DNA from: the human T2T-CHM13v2.0 reference genome, Homo sapiens
Strand: one strand, 5' to 3'
Length of the DNA: 64,000 nt
NCBI RefSeq assembly: GCF_009914755.1
Contig: NC_060927.1
The position numbers and the translations under genes are program-made. Below are positions 13,101 to 28,818 of this stretch, in pieces. Numbering within the stretch: position 1 is the stretch's first letter; every line of letters starts with the position of its first letter. The notes below the pieces were generated by a model. It saw only the letters and a list, made by a program, of their open reading frames with translations. It was not told the DNA's origin and searched no databases.

Positions 13101-13894
13101 CCACTGAGGGTACCTTTTGAAATGGGCCTGAGTGGTATCTCTCCTGTATTTTTTGTCAGATTCCTTCTTGTCACTATGAAATGAAAACAAACTCAACTTT
13201 ACTAAGGACATTGTAATCTTACTGCTTTGTTTTTATCGTGTGTCCCAGGGAAATCAGATGCAGGCAGTCCTCAGTACACTGAGCAACACTGCTATGAAGG
13301 GAATAGGTAAAGAGAAAGACTGAGACTGAATGGAGGCTCTTCCAGCTTGAAGATTCTGTGACTGTCATTCAGTCACTGGGTGTTGTACTACCTCAAGGGT
13401 AGTCATCACATACTGTGTCTAATTGTCAGTATTTCTGTATTTTAAGTCATACCTGTGGAAAGCACTTTTTGATTACAACTTCGCTCAATGTTCATATGTG
13501 ATATTATCCTTTAGAAGGCAGTTATATTTCCTTGAAATGCCAGTACATCATTTTAAAACTGTACAGATATACCCAGAAAATCCTCATGTATTAATGGGGA
13601 TTGTCTTCATTTTTTTTTTTTTGCTTTCAAGGAAACAGGTAAGAATTGAAATAAGTGCCAGTTATGTGAGAGAATACAAAAGAAGCAAGCCAGTAAAGAA
13701 TTTCATCTAAAAGTATATATAAATAGAAGATGAGAGAATGAAAGACTTAAAAGATTAAATGTAGACCATGAAGCATTGATATTACCAAATGTACCAAAAT
13801 GTAAACTTAATAAGTTAAAATATGTAAGTTCGAGAATCTAGATAGTGAAATGACTTCAGATAATGAGAAGGTTTGTATAAAATGCAAAGTGACA

Positions 13895-14220
13895 GGCTAG
13901 GTTTGGTGGCTCACACCTGTAATCCCAGCACTTCGGGAGGCGGAAGCAAGTGGATCACCTGAGGTCAGAAGTTTGAGACCAGCCTGGCCAACATGGTGAA
14001 ACCTTGTCTTTACTAAAAATACAAAAATTAGTCAGGTGTATTGGTGGGCACCTGTAATCCCAGCTACTTGGGAGGCTGAGGCAGGAGAATCCCTTGAACC
14101 TGGAGGTTTCAATGAGCTGAGATTGTGCCACAGCACTCCAGCCTGGGCGACAGAGCAAGACTCTGTCTCCAAAACAAAACAAAACAAAACAAAACAAAAC
14201 AAAACAAAACAGAAAAACAC
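13895..14220 (+). mobile_element. AluS with (AAAAC)8 tail
   Basis: Dimer; tail 14171-14210; TSD aaagtRaca. Confidence 0.95.
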
Positions 14221-14714
14221 AAAGTAACAATGAGAATGAATTGGATTTTATGAAATCTTAAAAAATTAAAAATATTTTAAAATGTTGATTAAATAATTAA
14301 GCCAATGGTTAAACATGGTCCTCGGATGAAAAGTTCAGGGAATAAAACAAACTCCTGGAACAGAATAACTGAACTCTTAAAAGGAACATACAAGGTTGCA
14401 TTTTTTGTAATAGGAATAATTAAATAAAAGGCCAATAACCTACTTTAGAGGAGAAATAAGAATGGGGTAAAAATTATTCAAAACAGCTGTATTTCTCAAA
14501 TACTTTTGACTGAGGTATATTATAAAAAATACCTTTAACATCCCAATCCACATAAAAGAACTGAAACAAGTTTCCTGAAACAGGACAAAGTGCAGTGCCC
14601 TCTGATATTTTCTATTCCTAACTAATCTTTATAAATCCAATCTGTTTCAAGCCATTTTATTAAACAAAAAATACTAGGTATTATCTATCAAATTGATTTC
14701 ATGACTTATAGTTT

Positions 14715-14895
14715 GAAAAACACTGGCCTAGAGTGCCTGCTTGCCTTCTTAGAAATGGAGGTCTCTAGGCCTCATCCTTTGATATTCTCATTCAGTGTTT
14801 CTGGGGTGGGGCCATGGAATTTAGATTTTAGCACATGTAGCAGGTGATTCTAAAGCAAGTAGGAGGTCCTCCAATTGACTTTGAGAAACCTCAGT
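14715..14895. mobile_element. MER5-family (hAT-Charlie) element
   Basis: ttagaaatg...attcagt...ctggggtggggcc...caggtgattcta...ctttgagaaac motifs. Confidence 0.65.
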
Positions 14896-15721
14896 ACAAA
14901 GGACAGATGGCCTAAGATTGGATGTTCTGAATGTGGGGCTGAAGTTCATTGACTTTATGAGGTGTCTTGCATCTTCACCATTCTTTGGCTGTATTTCAGT
15001 CAGTATGTTTGCAATACTGAGGAAGGTCCTCATCACCCTCTGTAGGTGCTCCTGTAGTAGAAGGTGTAGTACAAGGAACAGAGGCCGTACCACCAAAGAG
15101 CTCTAGGTTCCACTCCTGCTGCCTCTATTGCTTATTAGTTGCGGGACTCTGAGCATGTTACCTCACATCCCTTAAACTTTTATTCTCATATGTGCACAAT
15201 GGGTATGGTAATGTTTACCATGCAATAATATGGGGATTACACAAGACAGTAATGAATGTAGGACCCTTATTCACAGTTAGCGCTCAATATATAGTCTCTG
15301 TTTTTGTAATTACATCTCATCTCACCCTACCCTCCACTGTTTGAAATTTCTGAAAGCCTTTTAGTTTTTTTTTTTTCTCTAAAGTGATTCTCACCTCTAG
15401 TTATCATGAAACATGGGTATGTTTTTAACTAGACATGAGGTGCTGGACAAGTAATTTGTTAGGGAAGGAAATAATAAGAGTAACCAGAAGGAGAAAAGCC
15501 AAGCACAGCTGAGGCACGCCACAGTAAAGTACAGTCCTCCTTCAGGTTTGGGGAATGATTTTCCCACCTCTTTAAAAAAGTAGAGTATGGGATGAGAGAA
15601 CAGCTCTTTTCATATTTCACGGTAGTTCTCCCTTGTCAGCACAGGGCATTCTCTCTGGTGACTTATAGATATTAGAATGTCTTAGAGTATCAGTTCTCAA
15701 ACTTTCTTCCGTCAAGACACA

Positions 15722-16006
15722 TGTGTAATCCCAGCCCTTTGGGAGGCTGAGGAAGGAGGATTGCTTGAGCTTAGGAGTTTAAGACTAGCCCGGGCAACAT
15801 AGTGAGACCTTGCCTGTACTAAAAATAAAAACAAATTAGCTGGGGGTGGTGGTGTGTGCCTGTAGGCCCAGCTACTCGGAGGCTGAGGTGGGAGGATCAC
15901 TTGAGCCCGCACGGTTGAGGCTGCGGTGAGCCATGATCGTGTCACCGCACTCCAGCCTGGGTGAAAGAGCAAGGTCCTGTCTCAAAAAAAAAACCAAAAC
16001 AAAAAC
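15722..16006 (+). mobile_element. AluJ, slightly 5' truncated
   Basis: ggaggattgcttgagc / aggctgcggtgagccatgat J-type diagnostics and A tail. Confidence 0.9.
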
Positions 16007-16724
16007 ATGTGACCAATGTTTACATATGGGACATTATGATTTCCCCTGGTTAACAGACAGATAAATTATGCTGTGAGTTTTATAGGTAGTTCACAGTGTG
16101 ATAAAGCCACTCCTTTTTTAAAAAAAGTCAAGAAAGGCATATCAAATTGCAAGTGAGAATGGTGCTATAATGAAAACTTCGAATATACTTAATAAACACA
16201 TGGAAAATTGTAAATTATGGTACTTTAATTGTTCTAATTGGGGTGTTCCTCATAAACAAAACCCATCCTTGTGTCAAGGCATGGAGATTGAGAAGTGTTA
16301 CATATGTAGTGCTTAACAAATTACATTGCACAAAATAGGCACTTGAAAAGAGGGGCAAGCTAAGGAGAAGATAAATGGGGAATACATTAAATCCCTGAAA
16401 TCTCAAAACAATGTGAAAACCAAAAGCTGGGGAAATGTACAGAAAATACAGAAGACTACAGGTATCAGGGTTTTCAAATGGTACTGTCGTACTCAAATAC
16501 ACATTGACACAAAAATTTAAGTAGTCTCAACAATCATTAAATTTATGTGAATAAATCAAAATTAAGTGACTTTGGCATTTCCTAATTTTTAAGGTTATAT
16601 TTGCCAGGAACGTCTTCCCACTTTGCTAAATTTTAATTTGCCATACGTTTTTGATCTCCGGTAAATTAATAAGCTCTCTATATTTTGAAAACGCCTCAGT
16701 ACTTTGATGTAGTAGTATTGGAAA

Positions 16725-17052
16725 TAGATTCACAATCTTTTATCTAAAAAGCTCTGAAAAACTAAAAGTTTTTTTTTTCCTTCAGAAGTGTGGTATCAAA
16801 ACTCATTTGGTAGCAAAACCTAACCCATACTGTCATGGGATTGTTTAAAGTAGTTTTCAAGCCTGCTTAGAATATTCACATATTTTGCTGGAAATAATAA
16901 TATTGATTAATTGTGAGGTATTATCCTAGATATAGCTAGGAATGTTATGTAATATGTGCTATAGGTACCATTTTGCCTTTTTAAACCCCACAAAAATCTG
17001 AATCCTGAAGCATATCAGGACCTAAGGGTTTTAAATAAGGGATTGTGATCCT
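16725..17052. mobile_element. TcMar-Tigger-type MITE (MER46C-like)
   Basis: Imperfect TIRs cacaatcttttatc ... ataagggattgtg with TA-like flanks, ~330 bp. Confidence 0.55.
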
Positions 17053-19341
17053 ATTGCATTAACTTCCTTGGTTGGTAGAGTGAAATTCTCTGATATGCCT
17101 AACCACTTAACCCAATGAAAAATTATTTTGCTAACTTTGATCACTGATCATTGAACAATTTAAGTTCCTTGCCAGCTAACAAATGATGAAAGATTTTTTA
17201 ACATTATATATTACCTCAATCAGACTGTCTGCTGAAACCCTGTGGCTCCAAATGTACAGGTGTAAGGCATAAGGATATAAAGTCAGGTAAGCAAAATGGT
17301 AGTCATTGACATCATTTGTACCATCTAAGTTGAGCCAAGTTAAAGGCTTCTGGGTAAGGAAAGCTTAAACTCAGGCAGAACCTGGTTAGTTCACATTTCA
17401 CTGAACCTCTTATATTCCATTTTGACGTGATGATTCCTTTGTTGTTGTTTTTAGTTTTATTAAACACACACTAAAATCTGCATAACATTTGAAACCTGTA
17501 CCATGTTGAAAAATGTTTCTTATGTTTCTTATGTAATTATGAAAGGCTACTTTCATTAATGGTTTATTGTTATTAGAGGTTATATTTCCTTTATTATACT
17601 GCTACCTGCACATTTTTTTTTCCATCTATCAGGAAAATAAAAATAGACAGTGTTTTCTGTAATTTAGTCTGTTCTCAGATGAGAATGTTTTCAGGTTATA
17701 TTGTTTTGTAGAGGTTCTAGATACCTTTATTTTCAATAATTAATTATGAAATGTTCAGATCTTGCCTTTTAATTTCCTATAAAACTACTTTAGAAAAATG
17801 AAAAATATGTCATGGGGAAGAGTCTATATGGCAATCTAGGAATAAAGTAATAGCTTTATCTGATTTGTTATGGTAAGACTTAAGTCAGTCTTCATTTGAT
17901 ATAGACTGGAACTGTTAATGCTAAGGAATTGTTTATTGATAGGGCTTTCATTATTTATTTACATGACTACATTCCTTGGTGTAGGAAAGCCACAGATTAA
18001 GTAATTCAGAGGGACTCTTATTAGCAATGCTGATTCTTTTAATATTAAAAATGCTGGCTTGTTTTTCAGCTTTTGGTGCACCTCTCAAAACTCACCCAAG
18101 TGTAGAGTTCTCATGGACTGCAGAGGGAATGTGGTGGAGCATGGAACAAAATGAGAAAATAATTCTTTACATCCAGCTGTCAGACTTTGATTATCTTTTG
18201 AGTTATTGAAATTATCATTTTCTTTCTTCCCTCCTAGGGTTTCCCTCCCTTCTTTTCCCTCCCTCCTTCTCTTCTTCTTCCTCTCTCTCATCTCTTTTTT
18301 TCTCTCCCAGTCTATTATGTTTGGTAATGTGCATCTGTGATACTGCATAAAAATATTTTAGAATGGGAATAGGGAGTTGAGCTTTCCTTTTTTAAAACAC
18401 CTTTGTTTGAGTTTAAAGATCGATTTGTAGTTTTTGAGTCCTTTTGGTATTTATCACTGCCTATATAAAAAATTGTTGATAAATGAGCTTGAGACTTATA
18501 CACATCCCTACATATGAAAGTGTCAGTTAGGAAGGGATTATAAGGAACCTTTATCAGGGCTCTGTGAAATTAAGGCACCTGTTGTTTTTATGAAATAATG
18601 GAAATAAACTCCTTATCCAAACATTTTCAGTTTTAGGTTGATAGAATGACTACACAGTTTCATTTAAACTTCAGGAAAGTTGAATGCAGTTTTTAGAAGT
18701 TTCCCAAAGAGTATTTTACACTAGGAGGAAGGGAGAAAGATAATCTGGACTAAGGGCTGCCTTATGAGGCCCAGTTTTGTTTTTATTACTTTATTTTTCA
18801 CAACAACTTTCTGATGATAAATACTCGATTTTAATGACAAGGAAACTAAATCTCAGGTTGAATAACTTGTCTGAAGTCGCACAGCTGGTAAGTGATCATG
18901 CCAGGTTTAGACTGCCTGTCTGCAGTGCCACAATCTCCTGAGGCTTTTTCTCTATTTACCTGCCATTAGGGCCACATTCCAAGAAGTTAAAAATGAAAGG
19001 TTTGGGACAACTTTTAGCTAAGAATTCTCCCCAATTTTTTTTTTCTCCTAGAAGAGAGGTCTTCATTTTCAAGTAATAAGGTTGAAACTCTGTACTTTAT
19101 CACTTGTAAGGAAAGTTACGTGAAAAAGTCTCTGACCTGGGGCTTATAAATTTTCATCTGTAAGATCATTGTCAAAGACTAAGCCTTTGTTTATAAACTT
19201 AGTATATAATTGATGTTTAGTCAGCTTTCTTTCTAGTTGGTATATCTAGTATAGAAATGTCTATGGCAGCTGTTATTTTTAATATTTATTAATTCCTCTG
19301 GTATATCAGTAGAAATTATTTATTCTTTCATGAGAAGTTGA

Positions 19342-19749
<408 letters not shown>

Positions 19750-22582
19750 TAACATGCATAATGTTATAAAACGTTTACTTCTGACATTAGCTTTGAAAGG
19801 CAGTTCCATATTAGTGGAAAAATTAATAAGCGGATTCATGGCCTTCACTTCAGAGTGCCTGATCAAACATGAATCAGATATAGGGTCAGTCAGCAGTTCT
19901 AATTCATCAGTTTAGGAAGTGATTTAAGTGTGCTTTTAATTTTACCTGAGGAACTTATTTCTGCTGTGCTAAGTGGAAGAGATTTCATAAATTACACTTT
20001 TGTATGCGAGTAGCCAAACATTTCGAAAATACAGCATAACATGTTGCTTTTTGGTACTAAGAGCCCTATTCATCTGAAATTAAAATCTTTTATCTTTGCA
20101 AATTCAGCAAAGTCAGAGCCTAATTCAGATATGGAAGATTAAAAGTTTGTCTTTTTTTTAAAACTGGCTTTTCTTTTTCCCTGATCCATGAAACATGGAA
20201 ATAGGGTATCTGTCTATTTTAGCAAAGTAGCTTTTGTGGATATGATCTTACTAAGAGTGTGCTCTTCTTGCCTTGTTTTAGCCGAACAATGGTTTTCCGA
20301 AGGCGCTCGTCTTTTGTTTGTTGTGTTTCATTCCCCACCTCCAAAAAACACCATTCACATTGGTTGGTAAACGGAAATAAGTTTAAACTTTATGTCATTT
20401 GACACCTTTCTTTCTGCTTGTTTTCTTGGGTAATATTCGAAGAACTTTTTCCAAATTAAATAATTAGGTCAAGTGTTGGTGAGGCTAGGGTAGCAGAAAC
20501 TATACCAATTTTTTCAACATTCATTGATTGAGTGCCTACAGAATGTTGGTGCTTGACCTAGACTTTGGAGATATGAAGATGAATATGGAACAACCCTTGT
20601 CCTCAAAGCAAACATGTTCTACTGGCTGGAAAAGGCTAGTCAATGTAAATATCTATCATATAAATTAATCTGTGCTAATTGTTTTAATAGATATGGTATG
20701 AAATAGTGCTGAGTAAATATCTGAAAAACTGGCCAGTTCCAGCATAGGCGCTAGACCTTGAAATATGGGACGAGTTTCTTACTGTGGCCCTGTGTTTGCC
20801 CGTTAAGTCTGTAGAACTAATTTGGCCTAAGCATTATAGCGAATTTTTAAAAATCAGACTTCTAACAATAATTTCATTTTTATTTAAATAGTAGTTCATC
20901 CTTTTGGCTTCTGGTATTTTAAAAGGCCACTGACATTTTTTGGATAAAGATTTAAACATATTAAAATTATATTTCAGTCAGGTGTTTTGGACTTCCATTT
21001 TATTTATTGCTATTAACGTCACCATATGTAAAGACAACATGACTGATTGAACCAAAGAGAATTGTTCAGCTATGTAACATATCTGAAAGAGCATTCTACA
21101 TATACCAAATAATGTTAAAAGCGCACTTAATAGATAGTAAGTTTGAGCTAGATGTACAGGGGTCCAAACATATGCCAATAAAAATACTACAAACCACTGT
21201 AGCTGATACTTTTAGTTAAATAAATTATACTAACTGGGAGTATATTAATAAGAGTTCTAGCCCAATATGGGATTCCGAAAAGGGGAAAATGTGTTTTCCT
21301 ATCTTGAGGACTAATAGATTACAAATTATGCTCAAAGCTTCCATCAGGCAGTTTTTAGGTTTTCCAGGATGTCTTCAATCTGTGCTTACAGTTGTGTTTT
21401 CTCTTGTGGTTTAGTAAGCCATGGCCTGGAGAACACCCGTGAGCTTGGTCAGTCTTCTCTTTTATGCATAGTGATCTAGGTCTGGTCTTTCATTCATGAC
21501 TTTTGTGTTTGTTATACCTCAGAATGTATGTGTTTTCACTCAGTTTTATTTGTGGCCCTTATTTGACTGGTCACTTCTGGACATCAGCCCAGTTTAGATT
21601 AAAACTTTGTTTCTGAAATATTGTGCTCAGTGTTCCAGATGCCAGTGTACTTTAATAACAAATACATTCATATGTGAAATCATAAAGAAGAAGCTGACCT
21701 GGGAAGAATTTGTTCAAAGCTCACATCAGTAATAACCCCAATGTTTACATTAAAGCAGCAAAGAGAAACAGACACATGGAATAGTAACTGTGAGTCTTTC
21801 TTCCATTCTTTGTCTTGGGGCTGTTTGACATCATGGAAGCATAACCACTTGGATCTTGTTATGTACCAGTCTTCATGGTAATAAGAACTTCTTTTTAGGT
21901 TTCGTATGTGGACATGCATTCTTATCTCATTGGGTGCAATACATACTTAGACCCAGAGAACATGTTCAGATTGTCATAAGACTAGGGTTTTTTTTATGTT
22001 AATAATTTTCTACAGATAATCTCTGCATGAGCGATGCAAATTCATACAAGTTATTTGTAGTTTTCTGAAAAGTCTTGAGGAATGGGATCACACATGAGCA
22101 CAGAATTATACGTTTGAGGACCTGGTCTCACGTATATGGTGATGTATTTACTGCATAAGGAACTGTGATCATGAATCAGTTGTTGTTTCTTTTTCTTTAA
22201 TTTTTAAAAAATATGACCTTATATGGTCATTTCTGATCTATATATTTCAAAAACAGCTAGATGGCTTTTAAGTCTAGTATATCCTTAAGAATTAGGATGA
22301 TCGATACTTTTCTTCATTAAATAGATATTTTTCCGAAAAGTTTTGACTTAGTTTTTCAAATAGAACTATATATATATTTTTTGATATACTATAATTTCAG
22401 AATGCCTCATATTTATTTTTAATTGATCTTCAATTAGCAGTGGCTGTTGGTTTTACAGATGGAAGCTTTAATATTCCCAGGTCTCTATATTAACTAATCA
22501 ATGGTCTATAAAGTATACATAAGGGAGCTTTGAAAAGGATCAGAGGAACACAGTACTAATCATTGTGTGAAGAGGAATCATC

Positions 22583-22901
<319 letters not shown>

Positions 22902-23363
22902 TAATGTTGCTTTATCATAATAATGTCCTTTATCATAACTATTTGGTAATTCTGGGTTCAATGTATTGAATTATCTTTATTTTTTGCAACATATAATTAT
23001 TGAGGACCCATAATGTATAAAGCTGGGTTAGGAATTCTGGAGCTTGCAGAATAAAAAGGCAGCAGCTCTGGTCTCAGGATATTTCTAGTATAGTAGTGAC
23101 ATACATATACCAAATGTGAAATAGAAGGTAAACATGCCATAATATCCATGTGTTGCAGGGATGGTGAGTACAGGGTGATGGGTGATTAGGGAGGGAAAAT
23201 TGGGATGGAATTGAACTTCAAGCTTTGGTTGTATAGCTGGATGTCTAGGAATCCTTGCAAAATGCTTACTTAATCTATCAGAGAGAAAGTGGACCCAGTG
23301 GAGGGCCCAGGCTAACCCCACCTGGGCCAAACAACTCACCCCAAATGTGTGATTATCCAAGTC

Positions 23364-23630
23364 AATGACCTTCCAGACTTTTAAAATGCTATTCCCCTCA
23401 GTATAAGAATTTGAGCATGTGTTCCTTGATATGTATACATTTCTTTATAAATTATATATACTAGGCTATTAATATGGTATGTGTATATCGAAATATAAAT
23501 AGCTTAGAAATTGAAAAAGATAAGATAAATTGAATATAAATAAAAATTTAATATTTTCCTGTCACTCACTCCAAGTGGACTATCCTGTTCATGTTTTTGG
23601 TGTTTGAGAATCTCACTTTGGAGACCACTG
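23364..23630 (+). mobile_element. hAT-Charlie-type remnant (MER113-like)
   Basis: caatgaccttccagactttt ... cactttggagaccactg terminal motifs with AT-rich interior. Confidence 0.5.
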
Positions 23631-25609
23631 GTCATTATTGAGCAGTGTCACACAAAGTTTAGGTAAGTTTCATGAGACCTGGGACTTTGTTTTGTTCACT
23701 GCTTTATCTCTAGCACCTAGGACATGGTAAAAGCTCAACAGATACTATTAAATGAGTATGTAGAATTAGGCTGGTTGATAGGGATGAGAACAGTCTAGCT
23801 CAGCATGGGGATCTGGTAAGAATTGGGACAATTTTTGTTCACTGTTTTATCTCCTATGCCTATAAAAGTACCTGCCAAATAGTAGGGATTCAGGATATAT
23901 TAGTTGGACAGTGTTTATGTAGTTCAGCACGAGGGATCTGGCAGAGGCCATAGATTTATAGACATGAAAAGTTAAGTTCTAGAAGCTCCCCTGAAGCAGT
24001 ACAGCATATAGAGATAGGCCAACTATGGGTAGGCAGAAAGATGCAGCCCATGGGGGTCAAAGTGTTAGCAAGAACATTTCTGAGGAATGGCTTTGGTAAC
24101 CTCATATCTTAAAGCAAAAATTGTGACCATCTTAAGCAGTAAGATCTGGATCTTATCTTTGTTTCCCGAGTCCTAGGATGCAGTATGGTAGGTGTCTAAT
24201 AAATTTTTTGTTGAATCGAATTACTCCGTTTTATATTAATACTATGTACTGGGTGTAGGAGGCCCTGAGCCTGCTGGAGTGGATCAGCATCAAGATCAGA
24301 GGCCTGTAAATGAATCCTGCTTCGAATGAAGCAAAGCCAGTGATTCTGGAATTATGTCATATGTAGATAATGATTTTAAGCCCTGGCAGTGTTGCCTGTA
24401 TAGAGGTACTCTAGTGACCAAAACTGCCAAATCACATTATGTGTATATTTATTTAAAGGTTGCTATTAACATACTTTTATTAACATATTACCCATCAAGA
24501 ATGTGGAGTTTATGATTGAATTATTTCATATATGCTGCTATCCTGTTCCTTCTTCCCTCATCACTAAAGTTGGGATATGTCCTGGATCACCCCAACCTAT
24601 ACTATTACAATTAGTACTGAATTTATTTATAAATACATAAAACAAGGTAGTTTATGTATTCACTCCTCTTTTTGGAATTTTTTTTTACTGAGACTTCCTT
24701 TTTAAAATGATGGTTAAAAATTCTTATTTTATGGTCATAAAATAAATCTGTCATGCATATACTTGAGCATCATCAGAGTTGGGGAGAACAAACATTTCCT
24801 CCCTGAGAAGCATCTTTCTCCTTTAGTGGCTGGCCACATGAAAGCATGCCTCGTTGGCTCTCTTATACTTGTTATTGCAACTTAGACTTTACATTGTGAT
24901 TTCACTGACGTTGCTTTGTTTGCTCTGTATAACCATGCTCTTAGGTAGGTGTCCTTATTCCCATTTTACAGATGAAGGAACAGGCTCAAAGTTGTTAAGT
25001 GTCTTGACCTAGGATATTGAGTTTGCAGTGGCTCCCCTGCGACCAGCACTCATATATTCTGGCCATTTGTCTAGAGAGCAGTGCAAAATTTATCTTTTTG
25101 AGCTAAAATTTTTTTTTCTTGTACTTAATTTCAACCTGATAAGTTATTATAAATATTTGGAGTAGCAGTGGTGAAGAAAATCCGGTGCTAATTTTGTTCA
25201 TGCCCTGTGAGCTACAAAATATCAGTTAAGGCCCATGTAGGGCCTTAAATTTTGGGTGTACTTAAATTTATTTGTGCATTTAAATAAGTGTACTAAAATT
25301 ATGTAGAAAGACTGTCCATTTGACTTAACTTTTTTCACAACTTGTGATGGCAAATTAAATGTATAGTGACCACATACTGACAAACAATGAACTTTTAGGT
25401 GTATGTTGGGATTTGTAAGTGAGATTTGGATTATATTTAGATTATGTTAATCCCCCCCCCATGAGACATATTTCTGAAGTTACAATGAAAATTAATTAGA
25501 GAATATGATTTGATATTCAGATACCTGAGCTACTCCTATTTCTGTAACATGTTCATATTGTAACTTGATATTAACTGATGTTTTTAAAGAAGTATAAGCA
25601 AATTCTATA

Positions 25610-25770
25610 ATTTTTTTTTTTTTTAAGAGATGGAGTCTGGCTCTGTTACCCAGGCTAGAGTGCATCGGTGTGATTATAGCTCACCACAGCCTCAAACTCC
25701 TGGGCTCAAGTGATCCTTCTGCCTCAGCCTCCCAAGCAGTTGGGCTACAGGTGTTTGTCACCACGACTGG
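25610..25770 (-). mobile_element. Alu right arm (FRAM/AluJ fragment)
   Basis: Poly-T followed by a single reverse right arm. Confidence 0.85.
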
Positions 25771-28378
25771 ATAGTTTTTCTTTTTAAACTTAAAATGCTT
25801 TTTAGTTTGGCACTCCGTAGTAAAGGAGGTTCCAGAAGCCAGTAAGAGAACCTCTGCCAACTATGAAAGAGAAGATATTTCTATCTACAAGTTATTTCAG
25901 GATCAATTATTCAATTAATATTTTATATAATAGAAAGGTTTTATTTGTTAGGACTTTATCTTTAAGTTCCCCAAGAGTAAAAAGGTCTAGTCATTATTAT
26001 ACTGTGGGAGAATGATAGAAGATTGATTACATTAGAACTCCAGAACTTCTATTTATTTAAAAGATTTAAGATTTGACACAAAAGCGGTTTATTTTAGAAT
26101 GTTTATTTCTATAGATTGTCATTACTTCAACTCAGTTTTCATAATTTGTATTTGAGTATACTAACTTTGGAACATAGTGTAATATTAATGGCTACAGAAG
26201 AGGTTTGTTGAAGAATTGTAATTTGAAAGAACAGCATATGTTTATTGAAGAGAGCATATAGAGATGGAAGTGGTTAGAAACTATGAACTTTCTTTAGTTT
26301 GGCTTTTCATGTAAAGTGGAATATGAAAACAAAAGTCCTAAAGACAGTTCAGCAGAGTTCCTCTTCACCCTGTTTTTAAGCAGTGATGTAAACCATGAAT
26401 TTAGTGTTCCCACCCTCTTTTATACCATGCAACAACCTGTGAAGTAGGAACTATTATCTCCACTTTGAATGAGGTACTGAGTTTCAGAGGCTCAGCAACT
26501 TGCCCAAGGTCATTCTTCTGGTAAATGGTGTTGCTGGCATTCCATCCCAGTTCATTCTGTCTACTGGAGGCCATATTTATAATCACTCACTCCCCTATCG
26601 TGCCTCCTAGGCTTCCCACGTGGCATTCATACCACTCCACAATGCATGGACCAGTCTAGGCTCCCACTGAATTTCTTATGCCTATGGCAATAAGGCATGG
26701 CTTTCCAGCCCAGGGTAAAAGAGCTTTTTCTCTATTTGTGTTTCTGCATTGTTAAGCCTGTTGTCATACACACAGTTGCTCCTCAGTAGCTTATTTCTTG
26801 ACTCATTCTAAACATATGGTAAACTTCTAAAGTTAAAAAAAGTTAGTGTTATATTGAGATGAAATATCTGTGATTAAAAAAATGAACATCATGTCACAAT
26901 ATAAAAAAGAAAATAGGTTTGGATTCAGATAACTTAAATCCAAAGAGAATTATATTTTAGCTTTAAAAGGGATTCTACAGATGATCTTGGAGCATTATAA
27001 TCTATCATTATAAATTTGAAGAAAGGAAGGCCTAGATTAAGAAACTAGGACCCAGGCCATTTGAGTGGCAGAGGTGGAACTGAGATATAAGACTTCTGGT
27101 TTGGTGTTTTGCTGTAGAAATCTGTTTAGCTCCAAAATGATGTAAAACACATTTTTAGCCAATTCACGACACCATCTTTACAGCAGGAATAGGTGAACAA
27201 TTTGTTTTTATTGTTTATAAATGGTTAAAAAATTAAACCAAAATGTTATGTATTGTTAGAATGAAACTATAGGTAATACATTATGCATGTCAACTTTGAA
27301 GTTATGTTACTAGTTCTACTTTATTTAGTGGCACAACATGATTTTAGTAGTTAACGGATAATAAACTGTACGTGGCTTCAGTTTAGTTCCCTGTGTCCTG
27401 TGAAAACAGAGCAAGAATTTGCAAAACAATAACACATTGTTAAATGGCATACCAGTTTATCAAATGCCCTAAGTTTATTACAGTCTGATTTTAGGAAAAA
27501 CCATTCCAGCTTCACAACAGCTCATCCTAATCTTAAGCAAAAGAGTCTTTAAAAGCCATTTCAAAGCTGTTAGATTTTGTTCTGTCCATGAAAGCATAAA
27601 TTGCTCATAGCTGTTGATGAGGAGAAAAGAAGTTTGTAAAGCCATAACAGATTTAGTTGTGAAAGGGTCATTTAACTGATTTGTGTACTGCGACGCCTCA
27701 TGGTGGCTGTATTAAGAAACTACTGTAGTGAAATATTGCGACCACATACCTTGTCACTCGGACTGAATCCATTTACATGTATGCAGGCTAAACATTAGTA
27801 AGTTAAAATTCCAAATAATATTTTTAAGGTTAGTATATTTGTAAGTTTTATTTGGGAGAAAATATCTTTTGTCCTGCAGTTCAGGGAGGAAACTTCATAT
27901 GCCTTATCAGAGTTCTGCTCCTGGGAGTTCACCTGGGAAATGACCATCATTCAGCCCTGAACTTCCAGAAAATACTAGCCAGGTAATCTGGGCAGCTGCG
28001 ACTCTATTCTGCTCCTTTGTGTAAATGAGAAAAAAGTTACCTCTTTTTGTGATACTTTATTTCTAAGTGTTGGAAAATTGTCATAATAGATTGATTTTGT
28101 TAGAACACAACACTTTACTGCATTTTGAAATGTCGTCACAGAGATACAGATCTGTGCTTGCTGATGTGAATGGCATCTCTTAGGGTTCTAGAACATAGCA
28201 TGACTTCCACAGATGTATACAGAGACCCTGCAGGCAGTTATATCCTAGGAAATCATGTCTTTAGACATGAGATGTTAAAACATCACATCTGGAAACCTGT
28301 ACATATTATATATTTATTGAATGTAAAATGCTAGTTATTTGTAAAATCGTTACTTTAAAAGTTATAAATATAATAGAA

Positions 28379-28510
28379 GCCTGGCACAGTGGCTCACACC
28401 TATAATCCCAGCACTTTGGGAAGGCCAAGGCGGGCAGATCACTTGAGGCCAGGAGTTCAAGACCAGCCTGGCCAACATAGCGAAACCCCATCTCTATAAG
28501 AAATAAAAAA
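28379..28510 (+). mobile_element. Alu left monomer (FLAM_C-like)
   Basis: Single left arm; outer duplication taatagaa at 28371 and 28831. Confidence 0.85.
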
Positions 28511-28513
28511 TTT

Positions 28514-28818
<305 letters not shown>

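Noticed and set aside
18217-18329. Long pyrimidine tract ending CAG with a nearby GTAATG (13-nt microexon)
   Set aside because: Low-complexity CT tract explains the acceptor; the donor is weak and there is no other support
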